A stretch of DNA of 64,000 nucleotides from NCBI GenBank assembly GCA_012295275.1, contig CM022677.1, positions 3,844,001-3,908,000 of the forward strand, given 5' to 3'. Below are positions 55,531 to 64,000 of this stretch, piece by piece (positions within the stretch are counted from its first letter, which is position 1; the number at the start of each line of letters is the position of its first letter). The translations under genes and the position numbers were made by a program. The notes under the pieces are model-generated. The model did not search any database. It was not told where the DNA came from and was given only the letters and a program-made list of their open reading frames with translations. This DNA is from Chrysomallon squamiferum (taxonomy: Eukaryota; Animalia; Mollusca).

Positions 55531-55568
55531 GTAAACAAACAATAAAAAATATAAGCAGACACTGGTAA

Positions 55569-55571
<3 letters not shown>

Positions 55572-55638
<67 letters not shown>

Positions 55639-55672
55639 ACAAACACACACACACCCAGACAGACACACACAC

Positions 55673-55703
<31 letters not shown>

Positions 55704-55711
55704 CACACACA

Positions 55712-55795
<84 letters not shown>

Positions 55796-55896
55796 AAGAC
55801 AGACACACACATACACACACCCAGACAGACACACACACACACACACAGACAGACAGACACACACACACACACACACAAATACACACACACACACAC

Positions 55897-55992
<96 letters not shown>

Positions 55993-56003
55993 ACACCAAG
56001 ACA

Positions 56004-56074
<71 letters not shown>

Positions 56075-56086
56075 ACACCCAGACAG

Positions 56087-56129
<43 letters not shown>
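55572..56129. repeat. (CA)n microsatellite
   Basis: Direct inspection. Confidence 0.97.
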
Positions 56130-56130
<1 letters not shown>

Positions 56131-57445
56131 TCAAATGTCCTCTATAAAAATGAAGGAGAAATTACAAATTATCTGCTGCTAAATTAGAAAAAAACCTAAT
56201 GAAAAACACATACAAGTTCTCTCTGCTTTGTTCATTGGAGTGTGTTGTAGACCTGCCAGAAGTATCATATCCTTTTCAACACAAAAACAATCTAAATTCT
56301 TATAATACTGATACAGTGGTAAATTATTAACAATAACTGTGCTAATCTAGATGAAAAAAATATATATAAAAATCATTTTAATGATTCTTGTTTATCCAGA
56401 TAAAATATATTACAATTGATTTAACACTTAACATTTTTTGATTTCCAAATTTAATTCTGTACGTCTCTAACATAAATAAATAATATTACTCGAGAAGAAG
56501 TTACTCTTTTTTTTCTTATGAATATCTATTACTGACTTTTTCAACTTTCAAGCTGATGATTATTCACGATGGCATACTATAATAAGTATTATACACCTGG
56601 ATTTTTCAAAAGAAATAAAAATTAAATCAACGTGAAATGACGACAGTGAGTAAAGTTTAGCATGTGACACAAACAAGAAAATCAATGACTTTGCTCTACA
56701 AAATATGCAGGCATTCAACTTTTCATTTTTGTATTTTTTATTTTATTTTTATTTTCATTTTTATTTTTTTAATCTGGATAAGTAACTCTTTGGAATTGAA
56801 AAGGAAAAACAGTAGCAAATACAAGGATATCGAGTTATCTCCCATAATAACTTGTTCCGTTAACCAACCGATAATTCTTTAACTTTACGGTCTAAAAGTT
56901 CGTTAGATTTGTTGGCTGTCTTCACTTTAGCCAATTAATGCTTGACTAGAAAAGGAAAAACAATAGCAAACACTTGCTTTTAGACTTATCTAACTTGCTC
57001 CGTTAACCAACCGATAATTCTTTAAGGTATGGGTTCGAAATGTTCGCTGGTTTCACTTTAGCATTACTGTTTATAAATAGATGTCGGCAAATAAGGTAAG
57101 CCGATACCTCCAACTTATGGAACTATGGGCAATCCTTTCATGTGAAATAAATATTTGCGATAAAATTAGTAATATCTTTTTTGGGCGATTAACCCAACAT
57201 TTTTTGGTGACCTGGCGACTGGACATTTCGAGCCCTGCATTAGCATGGACCAATGATTTTTCAAAAATCAAAATAGGAAACTCGTTGTTAGCATATATAA
57301 TAGTACAAGTTTTAAAAGTTGAATGCTTTTTGTTTTAACGAAAAAGATTGAAAACGTAATTTGTGACTATTTTTTATTTTTATTTTTTATTTTTTTATAC
57401 GGCCTGTTGACGGACCTTTAATTTTTTTTTTTTTTTTTTTTTTTA

Positions 57446-57493
<48 letters not shown>

Positions 57494-57737
57494 TTTTCTG
57501 TTGCAAAACTGGATCAAGCGTTATAATGAATGTAACAAGGCAACCATTCAAATAACACGTGATCAATTTGCTTTTATAATGTTTATTTGATTGTGTGTGT
57601 GTATGTTGTTTCAGCTCGCGCCTGTGTGTGTGTGCGTGTGTGTGTGCGCGTGCCGGTTTGAAAAAAAAGGTATCTTCCAACGTAAAATTGAATTGCGAGA
57701 TCACGACGGCGCGATAATTAATGTATTTTCATTTCGA

Positions 57738-57813
<76 letters not shown>

Positions 57814-58126
57814 GCCATCGTTATCGTTGTCGTTATTCAGCAATAAGAAGAAGAAAGAAGAACGAAGATAAATAGACGTCGGTTCGTTTTTTTTTTTCTT
57901 TTTTTTTTCTTTCTTTCTTTTAAATTTTCAGTCACTGCCCGACAATTCTGCAGTTGCCTCATCTATTGACGAATAACCTACCCATTTACAATTGACCAGG
58001 TTGACTTTGAACATTAAATATTATTAAATTCTGTCTTAATTGAAAATAACGACGATTACGATTTAATTTATGAAATGATCAGACACGTTGTTGTTGTTGT
58101 TGCAGCAGTTAGTCAGAAAACATCTT

Positions 58127-58214
58127 TACGAATGGAAGATTGAACCCACTCCACAGACGACAGTGTATGTTTGATTGTGTGCGTCGGTACCGGGGACTCA
58201 GTCTTCCATGCGTA
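58127..58214 (+). ncRNA. Candidate structured RNA, hairpin A (one per 1-kb unit)
   Basis: ATGGAAGATTGA pairs with TCAGTCTTCCAT, ACAGACG with CGTCGGT, and RCAGT with ATTGT; followed by TTTTT. No known family recognised. Confidence 0.3.
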
Positions 58215-58368
58215 TTTTTCACTGCAGCAAAACTAACTCATTTATTAAACGTTTTGGACAAAAAAACAACAACTTTTTGGCAGAACCAAGTTCAAACTAA
58301 TTCCGTATAGAATGATTTTTGGAATCAAGCACACAAACGTGGCGGCAACTTTGCATCGAATTTAGAGA

Positions 58369-58427
58369 TTATTTTTCTCTGGTAATTTCGACGAGTACAC
58401 GAAACGAGAATTATTAGAGGGAGATAA
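58369..58427 (+). ncRNA. Candidate pre-miRNA-sized hairpin B (one per 1-kb unit)
   Basis: TTATTTTTCTCTGGTAATT pairs with AATTATTAGAGGGAGATAA over 19 contiguous pairs including 5 G-U, plus TCG/CGA. No known family recognised. Confidence 0.35.
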
Positions 58428-58496
58428 GCCGAGTAAGGAAATGAAGGCGGTGACAGTGGACGGATGAAACCCGATGTCTTTTTTCCTTTTCTATCG

Positions 58497-58540
<44 letters not shown>

Positions 58541-58765
58541 CTTTATTTATTCTTATTTTACTTTTTTCTTTTTTTATTTATTTATTTTTTTGCAGTGACC
58601 GTGTTGTGTATGTTTGATTGTGTGTGTACGTATGTTGTTTCAGCTCGCGCCTGTGTGTGTGTGCGTGTGCGTGTGAGCGCGTGCCGGTTTGAAAAAGGTA
58701 TCTTCCAACGTAAAATTGAATTGCGAGATCACGACGGCGCGATAATTAATGTATTTTCATTTCGA

Positions 58766-58829
<64 letters not shown>

Positions 58830-59508
58830 GCCATCGTTATCGTTGTCGTTATTCAGCGCACGCAATAAGAAGAACGAAGATAAATAGACGTCGGTTCGTC
58901 TTTTTTTTTCTTTTTCTTTTCTTTCTTTCTTTTAAATTTTCAGTCACTGCCCGACAATTCTGCAGTTGCCTCATCTATTGACGAATAACCTACCCATTTA
59001 CAATTGACCAGGTTGACTTTGAACATTAAATATTATTAAATTCTGTCTTAATTGAAAATAACGACGATTACGATTTAATTTATGAAATGATCAGACACGT
59101 TGTTGTTGTTGTTGCAGCAGTTAGTCAGAAAACATCTTTACGAATGGAAGATTGAACCCACTCCACAGACGGCAGTGTATGTTTGATTGTGTGCGTCGGT
59201 ACCGGGGACTCAGTCTTCCATGCGTATTTTTCACCGCAGCAAAACTAACTCATTTATTAAACGTTTTGGACAAAAAAACAACAACTTTTTGGCAGAACCA
59301 AGTTCAAACTAATTCCGTATAGAATGATTTTTGGAATCAAGCACACAAACGTGGCGGCAACTTTGCATCGAATTTAGAGATTATTTTTCTCTGGTAATTT
59401 CGACGAGTACACGAAACGAGAATTATTAGAGGGAGATAAGCCGAGTAAGGAAATGAAGGCGGTGACAGTGGACGGATGAAACCCGATGTCTTTTTTCCTT
59501 TTCTCTCG

Positions 59509-59546
<38 letters not shown>

Positions 59547-59769
59547 CTTTATTTATTCTTATTTTAATTTTTTTTTTTTGTTTATTTATTTTTTTGCAGT
59601 GACCGTGTTGTGTATGTTTGATTGTGTGTGTACGTATGTTGTTTCAGCTCGCGCCTGTGTGTGTGTGCGTGTGCGTGTGAGCGCGTGCCGGTTTGAAAAA
59701 GGTATCTTCCAACGTAAAGTTGAATTGCGAGATCACGACGGCGCGATAATTAATGTATTTTCATTTCGA

Positions 59770-59854
<85 letters not shown>

Positions 59855-60532
59855 GCCATCGTTATCGTTGTCGTTATTCAGCGCACGCAATAAGAAGAAC
59901 GAAGATAAATAGACGTCGGTTCGTTTTTTTTTTCTTTTTTTTTTCTTTCTTTCTTTTAAATTTTCAGTCACTGCCCGACAATTCTGCAGTTGCCTCATCT
60001 ATTGACGAATAACCTACCCATTTACAATTGACCAGGTTGACTTTGAACATTAAATATTATTAAATTCTGTCTTAATTGAAAATAACGACGATTACGATTT
60101 AATTTATGAAATGATCAGACACGTTGTTGTTGTTGTTGCAGCAGTTAGTCAGAAAACATCTTTACGAATGGAAGATTGAACCCACTCCACAGACGACAGT
60201 GTATGTTTGATTGTGTGCGTCGGTACCGTGGACTCAGTCTTCCATGCGTATTTTTCACTGCAGCAAAACTAACTCATTTATTAAACGTTTTGGAAAAAAA
60301 AACAACAACTTTTTGGCAGAACCAAGTTCAAACTAATTCCGTATAGAATGATTTTTGGAATCAAGCACACAAACGTGGCGGCAACTTTGCATCGAATTTA
60401 GAGATTATTTTTCTCTGGTAATTTCGACGAGTACACGAAACGAGAATTATTAGAGGGAGATAAGCCGAGTAAGGAAATGAAGGCGGTGACAGTGGACGGA
60501 TGAAACCCGATGTCTTTTTTCCTTTTCTCTCG

Positions 60533-60577
<45 letters not shown>

Positions 60578-60805
60578 TTTTATTTATTCTTATTTTAATT
60601 TTTTCTTTTTGTTTATTTATTTTTTTGCAGTGACCGTGTTGTGTATGTTTGATTGTGTGTGTACGTATGTTGTTTCAGCTCGCGCCTGTGTGTGTGTGCG
60701 TGTGCGTGTGAGCGCGTGCCGGTTTGAAAAAGGTATCTTCCAACGTAAAATTGAATTGCGAGATCACGACGGCGCGATAATTAATGTATTTTCATTTCGA
60801 TTTTA

Positions 60806-60867
<62 letters not shown>

Positions 60868-61545
60868 GCCATCGTTATCGTTGTCGTTATACAGCGCACG
60901 CAATAAGAAGAATAAAAGATAAATAGACGTCAGTTGTTTTTTTTTTTTTTTTTTTTTCTTTCTTTCTTTTAAATTTTCAGTCACTGCCCGACAATTCTGC
61001 AGTTGCCTCATCTATTGACGAATAACCTACCCATTTACAATTGACCAGGTTGACTTTGAACATTAAATATTATTAAATTCTGTCTTAATTGAAAATAACG
61101 ACGATTACGATTTAATTTATGAAATGATCAGACACGTTGTTGTTGTTGTTGCAGCAGTTAGTCAGAAAACATCTTTACGAATGGAAGATTGAACCCACTC
61201 CACAGACGGCAGTGTATGTGTAATTGTGTGCGTCGGTACCGGGGACTCAGTCTTCCATGCGTATTTTTCACTGCAGCAAAACTAACTCATTTATTAAACG
61301 TTTTGGACAAAAAAACAACAACTTTTTGGCAGAACCAAGTTCAAACTAATTCCGTATAGAATGATTTTTGGAATCAAGCACACAAACGTGGCGGCAACTT
61401 TGCATCGAATTTAGAGATTATTTTTCTCTGGTAATTTCGACGACTACACGAAACGAGAATTATTAGAGGGAGATAAGCCGAGTAAGGAAATGAAGGCGGT
61501 GACAGTGGACGGATGAAACCCGATGTCTTTTTTCCTTTTCTCTCG

Positions 61546-61593
<48 letters not shown>

Positions 61594-61819
61594 TTATTTA
61601 TTTTATTTTTTTTTTTTTTTTTTTTTTTTTTATTTATTTTTTTTTGCAGTGACCGTGTTGTGTATGTTTGATTGTGTGTGTACGTATGTTGTTTCAGCTC
61701 GCGCCTGTGTGTGTGTGTGCGTGTGCGTGTGAGCGCGTGCCGGTTTGAAAAAGGTATCAACTTCCAACGTAAAATTGAATTGCGAGATCACGACGGCGCG
61801 ATAATTATTTTCATTTCGA

Positions 61820-61895
<76 letters not shown>

Positions 61896-62573
61896 GCCAT
61901 CGTTATCGTTGTAGTTATTCAGCGCACGCAATAAGAAGAACGAAGATAAATAGACGTCGTTTGTTTTTTTTTTTTTTTTTCTTTTCTTTCTTTCTTTTAA
62001 ATTTTCAGTCACTGCCCGACAATTCTGCAGTTGCCTCATCTATTGACGAATAACCTACCCATTTACAATTGACCAGGTTGACTTTGAACATTAAATATTA
62101 TTAAATTCTGTCTTAATTGAAAATAACGACGATTACGATTTAATTTATGAAATGATCAGACACGTTGTTGTTGTTGTTGCAGCAGTTAGTCAGAAAACAT
62201 CTTTACGAATGGAAGATTGAACCCACTCCACAGACGGCAGTGTATGTGTAATTGTGTGCGTCGGTACCGGGGACTCAGTCTTCCAAGCGTATTTTTCACC
62301 GCAGCAAAACTAACTCATTTATTAAACGTTTTGGACAAAAAAACAACAACTTTTTGGCAGAACCAAGTTCAAACTAATTCCGTATAGAATGATTTTTGGA
62401 ATCAAGCACACAAACGTGGCGGCAACTTTGCATCGAATTTAGAGATTATTTTTCTCTGGTAATTTCGACGAGTACACGAAACGAGAATTATTAGAGGGAG
62501 ATAAGCCGAGTAAGGAAATGAAGGCGGTGACAGTGGACGGATGAAACCCGATGTCTTTTTTCCTTTTCTCTCG

Positions 62574-62621
<48 letters not shown>

Positions 62622-62856
62622 CTTTATTTATTCTTATTTTACTTTTTTCTTTTTTTATTTATTTATTTTTTTGCAGTGACCGTGTGTTGTGTTGTTTTGT
62701 ATGTTTGATTGTGTGTGTACGTATGTTGTTTCAGCTCGCGCCTGTGTGTGTGTGCGTGTGCGTGTGAGCGCGTGCCGGTTTGAAAAAGGTATCTTCCAAC
62801 GTAAAATTGAATTGCGAGATCACGACGGCGCGATAATTAATGTATTTTCATTTCGA

Positions 62857-62935
<79 letters not shown>

Positions 62936-63204
62936 GCCATCGTAATCGTTGTAGTTATTCAGCGCACGCAATAAGAAGAACGAAGATAAATAGACGTCGG
63001 TTCGTCTTTTTTTTTCTTTTTCTTTTCTTTCTTTCTTTTAAATTTTCAGTCACTGCCCGACAATTCTGCAGTTGCCTCATCTATTGACGAATAACCTACC
63101 CATTTACAATTGACCAGGTTGACTTTGAACATTAAATATTATTAAATTCTGTCTTAATTGAAAATAACGACGATTACGATTTAATTTATGAAAAAATGAT
63201 CACG

Positions 63205-63236
<32 letters not shown>

Positions 63237-63633
63237 GCAGCAGTTAGTCAGAAAACATCTTTACGAATGGAAGATTGAACCCACTCCACAGACGGCAGTG
63301 TATGTGTAATTGTGTGCGTCGGTACCGGGGACTCAGTCTTCCAAGCGTGGTTTTCACCGCAGCAAAACTAACTCATTTATTAAACGTTTTGGACAAAAAA
63401 ACAACAACTTTTTGGCAGAACCAAGTTCAAACTAATTCCGTATAGAATGATTTTTGGAATCAAGCACACAAACGTGGCGGCAACTTTGCATCGAATTTAG
63501 AGATTATTTTTCTCTGGTAATTTCGACGACTACACGAAACGAGAATTATTAGAGGGAGATAAGCCGAGTAAGGAAATGAAGGCGGTGACAGTGGACGGAT
63601 GAAACCCGATGTCTTTTTTCCTTTTCTCTCGTC

Positions 63634-63665
<32 letters not shown>

Positions 63666-63670
63666 TTATT

Positions 63671-63709
<39 letters not shown>

Positions 63710-63907
63710 CTTTTTGTTTATTTATTTTTTTGCAGTGACTGTGTTGTGTATGTTTGATTGTGTGTGTACGTATGTTGTTTCAGCTCGCGCCTGTGTGTGT
63801 GTGTGCGTGTGCGTGTGAGCGCGTGCCGGTTTGAAAAAGGTATCTTCCAACGTAAAATTGAATTGCGAGATCACGACGGCGCGATAATTAATGTATTTTC
63901 ATTTCGA

Positions 63908-63995
<88 letters not shown>

Positions 63996-64000
63996 GCCAT

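Larger units (their letters stand above)
57583..64000. repeat. ~1.0-1.05 kb tandem array, more than 6 near-identical units, continuing beyond the window
   Basis: The marker TTTCAGCTCGCGCC recurs at about 57610, 58638, 59642, 60673, 61692, 62729 and 63778. Length differences come mainly from internal (TAT)n, (TA)n, poly-T and (GTT)n tracts. Confidence 0.97.

Noticed and set aside
58271-58323. Sm-site-like motifs (AACTTTTTGG, GATTTTTGG) suggesting an snRNA or spliced-leader RNA array
   Set aside because: No recognisable snRNA sequence, leader-plus-donor arrangement or convincing flanking stem-loops; such motifs are common in T-rich DNA.
58388-58408. Hammerhead-ribozyme-like core (TCGACGA-GTACAC-GAAAC) in the hairpin B loop, suggesting a retrozyme array
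   Set aside because: The core reads UCGACGA rather than CUGANGA, there is no stem III or NUH cleavage triplet, and two copies break the putative stem II. At best a degenerate resemblance.
59170-59195. miR-34-like seed (GGCAGTGT) in hairpin A
   Set aside because: It lies at the apex rather than on a Dicer-compatible arm, is absent from two copies (GACAGTGT), and the remainder differs from miR-34.
57591-63818. Repeated ORF ...ACRFEKGIFQRKIELRDHDGAIINVFSFRF(Y)n in the 1-kb unit
   Set aside because: It runs through microsatellites, its frame and start vary between copies, and no domain is recognisable.

Overview
AT-rich animal genomic DNA with introns, abundant (CA)n/(AAT)n/(TA)n microsatellites and one 200-N gap. 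The gene content (MEGF-like EGF arrays, a fibrinogen-related domain, BTB-BACK-PHR) suggests a mollusc or other lophotrochozoan; this is inference. Only one clearly intact gene is visible: a PPP1R15/GADD34-like eIF2-alpha phosphatase regulatory subunit (34830-35900, minus), with a candidate spliced uORF. The rest is a mosaic of disrupted or partial genes: ShKT+MEGF-like, BTB-BACK-PHR with a minisatellite inside a coding exon, a THAP-like exon, a lone fibrinogen-domain last exon, a Fezf-like zinc-finger fragment, an internal block of MCC exons, and an unrecognised 5-exon small gene. Transposon relics include an L1/Tx1-type LINE, a MULE and a Sola-like transposase. There are about a dozen minisatellites. 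The last 6.4 kb is a near-homogeneous ~1.0-1.05 kb tandem array in which every unit carries two RNA-like hairpins, the best candidate for something undescribed. Several frameshifts fall in homopolymers, so some 'pseudogenes' may be long-read assembly errors. All family calls come from motif recognition by eye; no database searches were run.
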